From: Chiloscyllium plagiosum
Taxonomy: Eukaryota
Assembly (NCBI RefSeq): GCF_004010195.1
Contig: NC_057718.1
Location: forward strand, 19,827,880-19,891,879
Reading direction: 5' to 3'
Length of the DNA: 64,000 nucleotides
Position 1 is the first letter of the stretch. Each line of letters opens with the position of its first letter. The notes beneath the pieces were generated by a model. It was not told the DNA's origin. It did no database searches and saw only the letters and a program-made list of their open reading frames with translations. Below, in pieces: positions 14,185 through 28,642 of this stretch. Made by a program: the position numbers and the translations under genes.

Positions 14185-16698
14185 CATCGACAGTCACAGG
14201 TGAGGTGCCGGAAGACTGGAGGTTGGCTAATGTGGTGCCACTGTTTAGGAAAGGTGGTAAGGACAAGCCAGGGAACTATAGACCAGTGAGCCTGACGTCG
14301 GTGGTGGGCAAGATGTTGGAGGGAATCCTGAGGGACAGGATGTACATGTATTTGGAAAGGCAAGGACTGATTAGGGATAGTCAACATGGTTTTGTGCGTG
14401 GGAAATCATGTCTCACAAACTTTGAAGAAGTACCAAAGAGGATTGATGAGGGCAGAGAGGTAGATGTGATCTATATGGACTTCAGTAAGGTTCCCCATGG
14501 GAGACTGGTTAGCAAGGTTACATAGACAATAGGCGCAGGAGTAAGCTATTCTGCCCTTCGAACCTGCACCACCATTCAATATGATCATGGCTGATCATCC
14601 TTAATCAGTATCCTGTTCCTGCCTTATCTCCATAACCCTTGATTCCACAATCCTTGAGAGCAATATCCAACTCTTTCTTAAATGAATCCAGAGTGGTCCT
14701 CCACTGCCCTCTGGGGCAGAGCATTCCACACAGCCACCACTCTCTGGGTGAAGAGGTTTCTCCTCATCTCTGTCCTAAATGGTCTACCCCATATTTTTAA
14801 GCTGTGTCCTCTGGTTCGGCACTCACCCATCAGCAGAAACATGTTTCCTGCCTCCAGAGTGTCCAATCCTTTAATAGTCTTACAACTCTCAATCATATCC
14901 CCTCTCAGTCTCCTAAACTCAAGGGTATACAAGCCCAATCGCTCCAGTCTTTCAGCGTAAGGTAGTCCCACCATTCCAGGAATTGACCTCGTGAACCTAC
15001 ACTGCACTAGGCCAGCATGTTATTAGCCTTCTTCACTACCTGCTGTACCTGCATGCTTACCTTCATTGACTGGTATACAAGAACACCTAGATCTCTCTGT
15101 ACTGCCCCTTTACCTAAATTGATTTCATTTAGGTAGTAATCTGCCTTCCTGTTGTGCCACCAAAGTGGATAACCATACATTTGTCCACATTAAATTGCAT
15201 CTGCCATGCATCTGACCATTCACCTAACTTGTCCAGGTCACCCTGTAATCTCCTAACATCCTCATCACATTTCACCCTTCCACCCAGCTTAGTATCATCA
15301 GCAAAATTGCTAATGTTATTACTAATACTATCTTCTATATCATTAACATATATTGTGAAAAGCTGCGGTCCCAGTACTGATCCCTGCGGTACCCCACTGG
15401 TCACTGCCTGCCATTCCGAAATGGAGCCATTTATCACTACTCTTTGTTTCCTATCAGCCAACCAACTTTCAATCCAAGTTAGTACTTTGCCCCCAATACC
15501 ATGCGCCCTAATTTTGCTCACTAACCTCCTATGTGGGACTTTATCAAAAGCTTTCTGAAAGTCCAGGTACACTACATCTACTGGATCTCCCTCATACATC
15601 TTCAGAGTTACATCCTCATGGAATACAGGGAGAACTAGCCATGTGAATACAGAACTGGCTCAAGAGTAGAAGACAGAGGGTGGTGGTGGAGGGTTGTTTT
15701 TCAGACTGGAGTCTGGGACCAGTGGAGTGCCACAAGGATCGGTGTTGGGTCCACTACTTTTCGTCATTTATGTAAATGATTTGGATGTGAGCATAAGCGA
15801 TATAGTTAGTAAGTTTGCTGATGACACCAAATTTGGAGGTGTACTGGACAGCGAAGGAGGTTACTTCAGATTACAACAGGATCTGGACCACATGGGCCAA
15901 TGGGCTGAGAAGTGGCAGATGGGAGTTTAATTTAGATAAATGCAAAGTGCTGCATTTTGGGAAAGCAAATCTTAGCAGGACTTATACACTTAATGGTAAG
16001 GTCCTAGGGAGTGTTGCTGAATAAAAAGAGCTTGGAATGGAGATTCATAGATCCTTGAAAGTGGAGTCGCAGGTAGATAGGATAGTGAAGGCGACGTTTT
16101 GATATGCTTTCCTTTATTGGTCAGTTGGGAGGTAATGTTGTGGCTGTACAGAACATTGGTTAGGCCACTTTTGGAATATTGTGTGCAATTCTGGTCTCCT
16201 TCCTGAGAGAAAGATATTGTGAAACTTGAAAAGATTCAGAAAAGATTTACAAGGATGTTGCCAGGGTTGGAGGACTTGAGCCAAAGGGAAAGGTTGAGTA
16301 GGCTGGGGCTGTTTTCCCTGGAGTGTCAGAGGCTGAGGGGTGATCTTACAGAGGTTTATAAAATCATGAGGGGCATGGATAGGAGAAATAGACAAGGTCA
16401 CCCCTTGTCCAGAACTAGAGGGCATAGGTTTAGGGTGAGAGGGGAAAAATATAAAAAGGACCTAAGGGACAGTTTTTTCACGCAGAGAGTGGAACGTTTC
16501 TGGAATGAGCTGCCAGTGAAACTGGTGAAGGCTGGTACAATTGCAACATTTAAAGGGCATCTGGTGGGGTATATGAATAGGAAGGGTTTGGAGGGATATG
16601 GGCCAGGTGCTGGCAGGTGGGACTAGATTGGGTTGGGATATCTGGTCAGCATGGACAATTTGGACCAAAGGGTCTGTTTCTGTGCTGTACATCTCTAT
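14185..16698 (+). mobile_element. CR1 (HER1-like) LINE, 5'-truncated, interrupted at 14520
   Basis: PEDWRLANVVPLFRKG..NYRPVSLTS; SGVPQGSVLGPLLF; FADDTK; tail catctctatga. Confidence 0.93.
14521..15617 (-). mobile_element. Antisense CR1 of a different subfamily, internally deleted, nested in the CR1 above
   Basis: YLDFQKAFDKVPH..GVPQGSVLGPQLF..FADDTK (15129-15599) and C-terminal ORF 14678-15007. Confidence 0.9.
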
Positions 16699-17326
16699 GA
16701 CCAGACCAAACCCCCTCAAAATATTTTAAGGAGATAGCCTCAACCCTAACCTTTTCTTATTTTAAAGGCAAGCATAAAGTTTTGTGTTCCAGATGTAATT
16801 TGATTAGTCAAACTACTTGACTTTAAGCAAAACACATTTTATTTTTTACACTACAGTTATAATACAGACAAAATAAAAGAACTGACTTATCTGTAACTGT
16901 ATTGAAATGATTAACAAATTAATATATATTAACTATGACTAATCTGCTGTTCCAATATAGTAACATCCCATAAACACATCCTTGGCAAAGGCAAATTTAG
17001 TAAAACATATTGTCTTACGTGCAACTCTAGCAGCAGGAAGAGAACCCCAGCTTTTAGCTGTAACAGAGAGAGGAATAATAGCTTCCTCATACAGCTTCAA
17101 GACCCCAGCAACTGCTGAAAGCTAAAACTAACAATCTCGGTTTTATGGGAGCTTGACCCCACCCATTCAGGCTGCTTCTGTTGCTCCAACCTTTAAAAAT
17201 AACCCAAAGCCTCACAAGCTGGTTACTTTATCGGCTTTGAGGAGACCATTCCACACCTCTGTCTCAACCTTCCTTGATAAAACAAACAGTACAAAATAAC
17301 ATCTGAAAATACACAGTATTGTCACA
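16696..17326 (-). mobile_element. Probable solo LTR
   Basis: Starts TGTGACAA on the minus strand at 17326, AATAAA on minus near 16840, non-coding, ~630 bp; left end overlaps the CR1 tail. Confidence 0.5.
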
Positions 17327-17436
17327 TATTGAAATATTTATGAATAAAGTCAAGCATTTAAAAATTAGTTTTCTTTCCCCAACCCTTGCACTTGTTGTTT
17401 ACAAATTGCTTTTGAAAGATTCTGGAGATGTTGTAC

Positions 17437-17539
17437 CTTCATCGATACAGCCCTGGATGATGCTGAAGAGCTGAGGTGAACGCTCTGCCAATAACTGCTG
17501 CTGAATGTTTACACACCGCATTGTCCACCAGGGCAACAT
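17437..17539 (-). CDS. TTC27: TTC27 exon 5
   Basis: ttacag|..G|gtacaa; [34 protein letters not shown]; 103 nt. Confidence 0.95.
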
Positions 17540-18199
17540 CTGTAAAAACAAAAGGAAGATTTTTTACTCCCTCCCTCCACAAAGGAAGCTATATTTAAAT
17601 TATATCGAAATTGATGCTCATAGCCTCAGTTCTAACTACCGTCAGAAATTCCTCTGACTTCAAGATCCACACAGAGGTCATTGTGAAAATGCAGTTCTAG
17701 CTTCTTATGCATTCCCAATTTTTATCTCCCCACCATTCAGATCTAAATCCAAACACTGCAATTCTCTGTCCTCTATTCTCACCTTATTTGAGTCACAATT
17801 TAAAACATCCTTCTTTGACCTAATGTTTCTTTTTGCAGTTTAGCATGCAACTTCAAAATGTCTTGAGGGATTTTAAACACATTAAAGGTGATAAACAAAT
17901 GCAAGGTATAGTTGTTACTGCTATTTGCACCTGCACACAGCTTGAATCACCTCTAAGTGCTGCTGAAACTCTGTTTTATTCCCTTATCACTTTAAGACTA
18001 GAGTTCTTCAATGCTCTTTCAAGCACCACCCAATGCTAACTGCACCTTCTTCTATCCAACGTTAAATCTTATTGCCCCACCTCCCTTGATCTTGTTAACC
18101 TTCAATGTCTCCTTATTCTCCAATATGCCAATTCAAGATTTCTGTCTTCAGTTATGTACTTTTAAAGGCTATCCTTACAAGTTTCAACTTCAAGTCCTT

Positions 18200-18520
18200 C
18201 ATTACATTACATTACATTACATTACAGTGTGGAAACAGGCCCTTCGGCCCAACAAGTCCACACCGACCCGCAGAAGCGTAACCCACCCACACCCCTACAA
18301 TTACCCCTTACCTAACACTATGGGCAATTTAGCATGGCCAATTCACCTGACCTGCACATTTTTGGACTGTGGGAGGAAACCGGAGCACCCGGAGGAAACC
18401 CACGCAGACACGGGGAGAACGTGCAAACTCCACACAGTCAGTCGCCTGAGGCGGGAACTGAAACCGGGTCTCTGGCGCTGTGAGGCAGCAGTGCTAACCA
18501 CTGTGCCACTGTGCCGCCCA
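18200..18520 (-). mobile_element. HE1-type V-SINE, full length with (TAATG)n tail
   Basis: Near-identical to 42943-43262; plus-strand (cattac/attac)n repeats at 18200-18226. Confidence 0.92.
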
Positions 18521-19849
18521 CCATGTCACCATGCATCCTCTGCTCTTCCTATTCAGACTTCTGCAACTGCCCTCCATTAGGTTAAGGTTTTGAGCTGTTA
18601 TGATCCCACACTGCAACACTCAACCTAAGCCACTTCAGCCACTTTCAACAGCGAATAACAAGCCTTTCAACCCAGCTTTGTCATATTCCTCTAATTTTTC
18701 TCAGCTTGCTGTCCTTCACACCATACCCACCCCCAAAACACATTTAATAACGTTAAAGCATCAGTATACAAATCGTGCTCCGAATCCCATGCAACTCTTT
18801 AGTTGGAAGTATCACCTTTGAGATGTTCAGTTATATAACAGAAAGGTGAATTGTTGTTCACGCATGCAAAATGTGAAATTGAGCCTGAGAATAGCAATGG
18901 ATGCATTTCCTTCTACATTTGATGCTGGGGATTAATATTCCTCTTATTTAAGGTATATTGTATCTCCAACAGGAGATTCTAGGTTACATGTAACAGTCAG
19001 GTCTGGAGTACATGTGCCCAGTTACATTGCTCCAACCTTGAAGGAGGACTGCCAATGGCAGTGTGATATTTTTCAGTTTTCTCTTCTAATTTGTCTGTAG
19101 CTTTTCTGAATGAGATTGCTGAATTAAAATGTTTATTTCATGATTTACTTAATACCTCTTACGACAACAATCTGCATCGACTGTTCCCTTTTACATAACG
19201 AAACATCTCAAGGTGTTTTACAGGAACATAATCAAACCATGTAACCCAGAACCAAAAAGTGAGAGATCAGACATATGATCAAAACCTTTACTAAATATTT
19301 AGATTTTGAGGACTGTCTTTAAAAGGAAATGCAGAGGGAGCAGAGAGTTTATGGAGACAATTCCAGCGCTGAGGGCCTAGTTAGGACTGATGATTAAAAT
19401 CACGATGGTTAAGATTTCAAAATTGGAGAAGGAACTCCATTATCTCGAAGACTCAAAGCAGTTATAAAAGCGGCGAGTGGTAAGATTATGTAGATTTGAA
19501 CACAATGGTGAAAACTTCTTAAAATTACAAGGCTTGACTGACCTAGAGTGAATTTACATCAGCAAGTAAACAGGTGGATGAATAGAACCAAATTGAAATT
19601 GCTGAAATTCAGTTTAATTAGAGCTCCTACTGCAACAGTCACAGGAATCCTTTGTCCCATCATCCTGGATTAAATTTAAATCCATACTGCAGAGGAGAAA
19701 TCTACTAATTTACTGTGACATGCCTTTTGTACTTTTCTAGGACGATATCATATACATTTTAATTTTGTTGAAAACATTAGAGGCACTTGCCTTCAGTCTT
19801 TTCAGTATAACATTTGGGAAGTCAAGACTATGGGGCAGATTTTTTTTAG

Positions 19850-20108
19850 ATGAGAGGAGAGAGATTTAAAAAAGACATGAGGGGCTAATGTTTTACATCG
19901 AGGTGATTTGCATGTGCAACAAACTTCCTGAGGAAGTGGTGGATGTAGGTACAATTACGATGTTTAAAAGACATCTGCATAAGTACATGCTTAGGAAAGG
20001 TTTGGAGGGCTTTGGGTCAGGAGCAGGCAGGTGGGTCTAGTTCGATTTGGGATTATGCTTGGAATCAAAGGGTCTGTTTCCATGCTGCATGACTACAACT
20101 CTATGACT
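19850..20108 (+). mobile_element. CR1 3' end
   Basis: Similar to 16430-16698. Confidence 0.8.
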
Positions 20109-20449
20109 TTAAGTAGCAAGTTCCCTGTGCTTCATCCATGGGATAACTTGAATATTTATTTCTATGGGCAAGTGAGAATTATAGTTAAGTGTTAAAGCTA
20201 ACAGCATTTAAGAAAAATATACATTTTTTTCCCAATAATGTATTAACATATACATTCCTTGTTTTATGTTAATCCTTTTGTTTCAGATAAATCTTTTCAA
20301 GAAGTTTTATAACTCTAAACAAATTCCTTTGAAGGTCTAGGTGACAATGCTGGCAGAGGCAGCTTTGCACTGGGTGGCAGCATTCATGGAAATTTGAATT
20401 CACAGCTCGCTCAGCTCAAGGTGGAGCAAGCGCTCCCCCTTCTGGTCAT

Positions 20450-21225
20450 GTGGAGTTTATTTTAGATAGGTGTGAGGTGCTGCATTTTGGAAAGACAAAT
20501 CAGACAGGACTTATACAATTAATTGTAAGGTCCTGGGGAATGTTGTTGAACAAAGAGACTTTGGAGTGCAGGTGGATAGCTCCTTGAAAGTGGAGTCGCA
20601 GCTAGATAGAACAATGAAGGCGTTTGGTATGCTTTCCTTTACTGGTCAGTGCATTGAGTATAGGAATTTGACGATCATGCTGTGGCTGTAGAGGACATTG
20701 GTTAGGCCACTTTTAGAATATTGCAAGCAATTCTGATCTCTCTCCTATAGGAAGGATGTTGTGAAAGGGTTCAGAAAGGATTTACAAGGATGTTTGCCAG
20801 GGTTGGAGGGTTTGAGCTGTAGGGAAAGGTTGAATAGGCTAGGGCGGGTTTCCCTGGAGCGTCAGAGGCTGAGGGGTGACCATATAGAGGTTCACAAAAT
20901 CACAAGGGGTATGGATAGGGTAAATAGGCAAGATCTTTTCCCAGGGGTAGGGCAGTGCAAAACTAGAGGGCATAAAGTTTAAAGTGACAGGGGACAGCTT
21001 TAAAAGGCACCCAAGGGGCAACTTTTTCACCCAGAGGGCGATGCCAGAGGAAGAGGCTGATATGATTATAACATTTAAAAGGCACTTGGATGGGTATATG
21101 AATAGAAAGGGTTTAAGAGGGATGTGGGACAAATGCTGGCAAATAGGACTAGGGATATCTGGTCGGCATAGATGAATTTGACTGAAGGGTCTGTTTCTGT
21201 GCTGTATAATTTCTATGACTCTATA
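20450..21225 (+). mobile_element. CR1 3' portion
   Basis: ERQRLRGDHIEVHKI; tail ctatgactctat. Confidence 0.88.
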
Positions 21226-21599
21226 TACCATACAACACAAAAATATTCTTCAAGAAGGAACAATCCTTGCTGCATTGATCGAATCTTTCGAACACAATGT
21301 CCAGAGGACAATGACAGCTGAGAGTCATTTCACGGCAGTGATCAGAAATTAGATCAAGCATTTCACACAGCACTGAAAATCAAATTCATTTCTGCCTTCC
21401 CCTTGAAATCACTCCATCTTTTAAAACAAAAATTTAATGGGATGAGAACTTCATTGGTTAGGCCAGCATTTATTACTCATTCTCATTTTGCTGTGGGTCT
21501 GGAGTTACATGTAGATTAAACCAGGTAAAAAAGGACATTAGTGGACCTGAGGGGTCTTTACAACAATCACAAATGCCTTATCCACAAATGCCTGTTTGA

Positions 21600-22015
21600 T
21601 TGGCAAAACAGCCACAAGCATCCACTCCCTCCACCATTGACACTCAGTAGCAGCAGTGTGTACTATCTACAAGATGCACTGCAGAAATTCAAAGATCCTC
21701 AGACAGCAGCTTCCAAACCCACAACCACTTTCATCTAGAAGGACAAGAGCAGCAGATAAAGGGGAACACCACCACCTGCGAGTTCCCCTCCAAGCCATTC
21801 ACCATCCTGACTTGGAAATATATTGCCGTCCCTTCACTGTCGCTGGGTCAGAATCCTGAAGTTCCCTCCCTAATGACATAGTGGGTCTACCTGCAAGAGG
21901 TGGGCTGCAACCGTTCAAGAAGGCAGCTCATGACCACCTTCTCAATACGAACTAGAGACAGGCAATAAATGCTGGCCAGCCAGTGACGTCCACATCCCAC
22001 AAAATGAATAAATAA
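21600..22015 (+). repeat. LINE 3'-end-like repeat (CR1/L2 group)
   Basis: gtgtgtactatctacaagatgcactgcag...ggcaataaatgctggcc; several copies in the window. Confidence 0.65.
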
Positions 22016-22541
22016 AAATAAAAAGGGGGTCTACTCACACTGAAACACTTATTACTCAACCTTCTTTTCTGGCCTCTTATGAGCTGATGCTGCAAACAAT
22101 TCCCTCTCCCCAGGTATTGGTTGTTTCTTAACACCACCATCAGCATCCTCTGCAAAGAACCCACCTTTCCTCTATTCTCTTGCAAATTCCCACTCCAACT
22201 CCAATCTCCCCTTCCTCTCCAAAGTCTTTGAATATTGTGCAACTTCCAACTTTGTGTTCACCTTTCTAACAGATCCATATTTGAATCTTTTGCAATCAGG
22301 GTTCCGTCCACGACAAGACAAAAATTATCCAAATCATAGTATGAGGGACACCTCCTGTAATTTAAAACCAGTGCACTAGCTCTTTGGAATTTCTCAACCT
22401 CGCTACATACTTGTCTCTTAGTTTTAGATCAGAACAAATCATTGGCAATCTTGGCATCCTATTCAACTCAGAGTTGAATTTCTGCCTGAGTACACTCTAG
22501 ATCGCCCCTATCTCTGGAATACTTGAAGGATCTAACCTTAC

Positions 22542-22682
22542 CTGGAAAAGATGAAGCTTCCTCCTGCAGTTCACCAGGATTGTCTTGGCCAACACCAAAA
22601 GGAAGGGGTTAGAGACAAGGCTATAAATTGATTCTCCATCCAAAACCAGACCGTTCAAAAGAGTAGCTCGCAAATTTTGAGG
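22542..22682 (-). CDS. TTC27: TTC27 exon 4
   Basis: ttctag|..CAG|gtaagg; [38 protein letters not shown]; 141 nt. Confidence 0.95.
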
Positions 22683-23439
22683 CTAGAATAAAACAAACAT
22701 ATACCAATCAAATTCCCTTTCACCCCTTACAAAAAAGTTCCATTAGTCGGGAGTCCTTGAGTAAATGTTTGCCCCAGTAACAATGTGTATAGCATTAAAA
22801 ACGTGCTGAGAGAAAGGCATGTGAACAGCTTTCCAGCTTGACACTCAGTTAGTGGGCCATAAAGAATAAACGTATGCAAAATCAAAACCAGAGAATATTG
22901 CAAGTCTACATTCATGTCCAACAATCTTTACACATTCCCCTGAAATAATCAACTCCACCAACAAACACCATTCAGTTAATTTTAGATTACTCATGAAAGC
23001 AGTTCAGCCATTCACTCAAAATCAAAACTGGAACCGTAACTCCTCACTGGAATAATTTAAAGTCCTCAGTTGGATCATCTCAGCTTTGCAGTGCCACAAA
23101 TCCAGTTATAAGCTTCAGCAACTATGGGTTAAGCAGGGGTAACTCAGGTGGGTACTGAATATGGACAGATCAACCCTCACTTTCACTATTGAATCCTGTT
23201 TTATAAAAGAGCCTGCCTATCTTTGCCCATAATTTTTTAAAAATTCTGAGTTGTGAGCATCACGTGTTGTCCATTCCTAATGGTCTTTGAAAAGGTGACA
23301 ATGAACTGTCTTCTTGAACCACAGCAGTCCATGTGGTGTAGGTACACAACACTGCTAGAAACAGAGTTTCAGGATTTAGACATGGCAACTGCAAGGGAAC
23401 TGTGATGCAGTACCAAGTCAGGTTAGTATGCAGTACTTA

Positions 23440-23730
23440 TTACAGAATCCCCACAGGCTATTTGGCCCACTGAATGTGCATCCATCCTCTGAAGAACTAA
23501 CCACCCTGACCCAGTCCCCCATACCATCCCCGTAACCTCACATTTCCCATGGCTAATCCACCTAATCTGCATATCTTTGGACTGTAGGAGAAAACTGGAG
23601 AACCAGATGGAAACCCACGTAAACAGAGGGAGAATGTGCAAACTCTACACAGACATTCACCCAAGGTTGGAATCAAACCTGGGACCCTGGCGCTGTGAGG
23701 CAGCAGGGCTAACCATTGAGCCACCATCCC
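23440..23730 (-). mobile_element. HE1-type SINE nested in an older minus-strand repeat (~23230-23935)
   Basis: V-SINE similarity; flanks resemble the rc of 21600-22015. Confidence 0.8.
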
Positions 23731-24595
23731 CCGCCCCCGCTTGGAGAGGAACTTATCAACAGCGATGCTCCCATATATTTGCTGCCCTAATATGGTAGAA
23801 ATAATGGTCTGTAAGGTGTAGGAGAAAGAACCTTGGTAAGCTACTGTAGTGCATCTTGTAAAGACACATTGCAACCACTGTGCACTGGGGTAGAGGAAAT
23901 TAATATTCAAGCTAACGGATGGGGTACCAGTCAAGAGGTTTACTTTGCTGCTGAAACTGCAATATTTATTTTGACTGAATACTGTGTTTTTAGGACATGG
24001 AATCTGTTTGGAAATAGGAAACGTATTCCACTTTGTCTTTACAGATCAATGCCAAGGATTCCCAAATTAGGTGCTTTTGCAGGCAAAATTGAGAGGACAA
24101 CTTGCTCAGCGTTTTGTCAAATCCCAGAAAACAAAACCTTCTCTCAAACAAAGCATAAAGGTGCAGCCTAATGATGCAGCAGGTTGGTATGCCAATACGA
24201 TATATCTCAAGGTTGCATAATTTGACCTCAACATGGCAAACAGCCAGCACTTCAATGCAATCAAGAGGATTGTGTGTTTGGACAATTACGTTTTCAAAAG
24301 ACACATGTTGCTGCCCATGTCACCACTGGATGTCCATTTCTTCCCTGACAGCTATTTCCTCAATAGCTTCCCATACATCTTGGCCAAGACGAGAGACTCT
24401 TCAGGCAAACTGCAAGTGGTAACCACACTCACTAATACCATGCAAACATGGTCCTCACTCCAGTTCTTAGCCTTAACAAAATATACACAAGCAATCGTTT
24501 CACACACCATTGGTAGAGTAAGATATTCAAAGCAGTACTGTTAATGTAAACAGCCAGACATCACCATGCCATATTCAATCACTCATTATAGTCCT

Positions 24596-25112
24596 GAACA
24601 AAGAACAAAGAGAATTACAGCAAAGGAACAGGCCCTTTGGCCCTCCAAGCCTGCGCCAATCTAGATCTTTTATCTAGACCTGTCACTTATGTTCTAAGGA
24701 TCTATATACCTCTGGTCCCTGCCCATTCATGTATTTGTCTAGACAGATCTTAAATGACGCTATCGTTCCCACCTCAACTGGCAATGCATTCCAGGCACCC
24801 ACCACCCTCTGCATAAAGAACATTCCACGCATATCTCCCTTAAACGTTTCCCCCCCCACCTTGAACTCATGACCCCGAGTAACTAAGTCCCCCACTCTGG
24901 GAAAAAGCTTCTTGCTATCCACCCTGTCTACATTTCTCATGATTTTGTAGACCTCAATCAGGTACCTCCTCAGCCTCAGTCTTTCCAATGAAAATAATCC
25001 TAATCGACTCAATCTCTCTTCATACCTTGCACACTCCATATCCAGGCAACATCTTGGTAAACCTCCTCCGCACCCTGTCCGAGGCATCCACATCCTTTTG
25101 GTAATGTGGTGA
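24596..25112 (-). mobile_element. CR1 3' portion
   Basis: YEERLSRLGLFSLERLRLRRYLIEVYKIM. Confidence 0.88.
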
Positions 25113-28100
25113 CCCGGTTAAATCTGGATTAATAAAAGCAAAATTCTGTAGATGGTGGCAATCTAAATCCAAATTAAACTTGACTCATAAAACAAAAACC
25201 CAATGACTCAGTGGAGACCTGTCATGCTTGGTGTGGTTACTGGGCCGTCCAAGTCTGATATGCACTGGAACAACTCTGCTAGGGAGAAGTATAGGGGGCA
25301 CTATGAATAGTTCCAGTGTCACCAAGTGGGGATTGAGGGATGGAAATAAATCTTACATGTTCTATGTCGAATCTGTTATCTATTGACCTCTGTTTAAAAA
25401 AAAACGACTCTATTAGGTTAAGACAGGAATAGGACAAATGCCTGCAGTCACATAGCTTACTAACTGTGCGACATTTCCAAAACTTTTGGTGAGAAACTGA
25501 GGAAATACAATCAGATGGAACAGTCATGGGACTGTATAAAATTTATGTTCAAAATAAGCTTTTTGGCACTTTGGTTTGCAAAGTTTAGGTTTGCTGTATT
25601 CTGACACAATCTAGGCAGTGAACTCTTTCACAGAATTATCGAGTCCCTGGAGTGTGGAAACAGGCTATTCAGCTCATCGGGTCCACACTTATCCTCCGAA
25701 TAGTACTGAGCTCACCCAGACCTGACTACAATGTCATTTTTCATGATTTGTTCTGTGTTGAGCCATTTTTTTTTGAGAACAGTAGGGAAGAGAAAAAACA
25801 GACAGCATATTTTTACGAACTTAAATATTGCTACAGAAATGTGTGTTATCTTAATTTATTATTCAATGCTTCATTTATCCTGAGAAGGTTATAATAAAGA
25901 CCCCGGAGAACTCTTTAGTCTTTCATTATTCTGCAATTTTGAGTTCAGTGCTGAAACTATATGATGATGGTTTCAGCATCCAATACTTAGTGATAGATTG
26001 TGATAGCAACTAAGGATTCCAAGCTTGTAATCTATTATCATCTTTTAACAAAACACATAATATCGGACATCTCTAAAGACACAGGAACAGGAGAGTGCAC
26101 ACAAATTATTGTAGTTCATTGTAAATAAACAGCAAATATTCATAAGTCACTGGCATTCTGGATATAATTATACAGTTGTTTTTTTAAGAAACTACTTATT
26201 ACAAAACACGGAAGTGCTAACCGGCTGTGTCTAGGAGCAAAAGCTTGGAACAGAAATCACAGGGAAGTGAGTGATTCTGACAATACAAATCATTTGTCAC
26301 AATTCGCTGAAGTAGTGCATTGGAAATCAAGCCTCACTATTCCCATGGTCTTCGCAGATTTGAAAATCATCGAAAGTTTAAATAAGCCATTGAATTGTTC
26401 AATGTTTCCTGTCTAACGCAGGTTAAAAGAATGTGCACATCAGGCAAAATGACTATTTACTGCAATCAAACTGTTTTTAACGAGTGGCAAGAAAGAAATG
26501 TGAATTGCTTACTAGTAACTCTGTAACTTAAATTCTAGCCTTTTGAACACGAACACACACACACACACAACACAAAGAGACAAGACACAAATATTGTGGA
26601 TGGGGAAGGAAAATTAGCGGGAGAAACAAAGTTTGGGGAGATGCTCTTGCATGACCTAGAATGGCAGGGTAGGTTCAATGGGCTGAACGGCCAACGCTTT
26701 TTCCTACATTCCCAAATTTGCTGTTTCCATCAACTTCCATTCTCCCAATTTGAAAACAAAATACATATTTCAAAAAAGTGTTACAGTCACTTTATATGCA
26801 TTATATTTTATAGACTTGAATTTGAAGGTAATATGTAGATTTTTTAAAAAAAGTCATTTTTTAGAAGTCTACTTTTTTAAAAAAACATGGTATTTCTTGA
26901 CAACCACATGTCTTGTGATTACTGCTTGGTTACTGCAGACTCTTTGCCTGGGATTATGACTGGCAGGTTACAATTTTAGCCTCAGAAATTGTTTGCATTT
27001 TTCTGTTGATAGCCAGCCTGGGCAAGGGAAAGAGCTTCCAAACACAGCTCTCCTGTTTCAGAAAATCCTCTTGATCTGCATCCAGTTTGATATCTGGAAC
27101 CCTGTTCCAGTCTGAGTCCTGACTATCCACCTGAAAGGCATCCAGAAGAATCCTTGATATTGCACTAGCAAAGAACCCAGAGCTCATGTTCTGCTTATGT
27201 TTGATTACCTCTATCTAACATGTTAGAATGTCAGGCAGATATCACTTGAACATTCCACATCTTATCCATTTTTACCTTCAAAACTAAGATTTATTGGCTA
27301 AAAGTAATTTTCTCCCCCAAAGTGAATCTTTGCAGAGAGAATTTATTCTCCGTTACTGGATATTTGGATTTTTCAGAGGGGTAACCATTTATATTTTCAT
27401 ATTACAAATTCAATACACCAACCAAATTTATTCATCACTGAATAAATTTTGTTTATAATAAGTAAATGATGTTGTGATTATTAAAGAAACCAGATTGATG
27501 GAACTTTTTATTTTATGGCTGGAAGCTTACAAGAGGCCATGTCAGGAACCAGGTAATACAATTAAATTTATGTTGTGACCTGCGAAAGTAATGGGATTCC
27601 AGAAAGACAGTGTACTCCTCCCATCTCGGTCATGACAAACGTAATGTGGAATAATTACTAAAGAAGCACTTTTATTCAAAGACTGAAACATGTTTGGAAC
27701 AATTTATCAGGCTAGGAAAAGAACAATTTTACCCAGAATATAATTAAATACATTGAGAGGAGTGTTAGTGTAAGGGAAGAGGCTTCAAAAGCAACTTCTC
27801 ATTCTTGACTTCATTAATATACTGAAGTATTTTGACCCTCCCACTCCCACACATAAAGAAGGGCAGATGGAGGAAAATGATGAAGCATCCTCTAGTCTTA
27901 ACTCTGACAGGTTCTCAAATTTCAGACTGGGGTCTGAGCACCAATCACCAGAGCTGCCCTTTCAGCTAAAGAGACTAAACAAAAAGGGGCAGGGAAAACT
28001 GTTTAGACTAGAGAGAAAAAAAAAGCTCTCCATTTGGAAAATTTGGCCATCACTCTTCAGAAAATGATACCTGAAATTTAACTGAGGAATTTAAAGGGAA

Positions 28101-28512
28101 TTAAGTACAAATTGGATGTGGGTGAGAGGTTTGTGTCTGAGATAGAGAAGACTTTCAACATACTAAAAACAGTGGGTTAAGGAGGATCTGAATCTTCAAA
28201 GAGGGATAAGCACTGATGCTACTTTGTTCACCCAGACATTAACTCACTCAGTGAGGACAGCTGATAAGACAGATTTTCCAAATGCAATTAATTAAAGTAC
28301 TCTGATCTAAAATTCTTAACACAAATCACACTGTCAGTTTCCTCAGAAGAAGTTCCAAAATTATGTTTCCATATTTTCCAAATCTACAGGCGTGACTTCT
28401 AAATAAATACAGAACTGTGGTAGCAATAAAATAACAGAGAAATGTAGCCTCCACAAGGTTTTATAGTAAATGGGTAAACAGTTGTGCAGGTTTCCACATA
28501 AGATTAACTTAC

Positions 28513-28642
28513 CTCTCCAAAGTTCCCAATGATTAATGCAGGCAAAATATCTTCTGGTTCTATCTGAACAGGAGGCCCCGTCCAGTTACTCTGTACAAAC
28601 AGCTGCAAGCTGCCCACACCCAATAAAAACACAACCAGTTGC
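28513..28642 (-). CDS. TTC27: TTC27 exon 3
   Basis: ttgtag|..GAG|gtaagt; QLVVFLLGVGSLQLFVQSNWTGPP matches the TTC27 LQLFVQSNWTGP motif; 130 nt. Confidence 0.95.
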
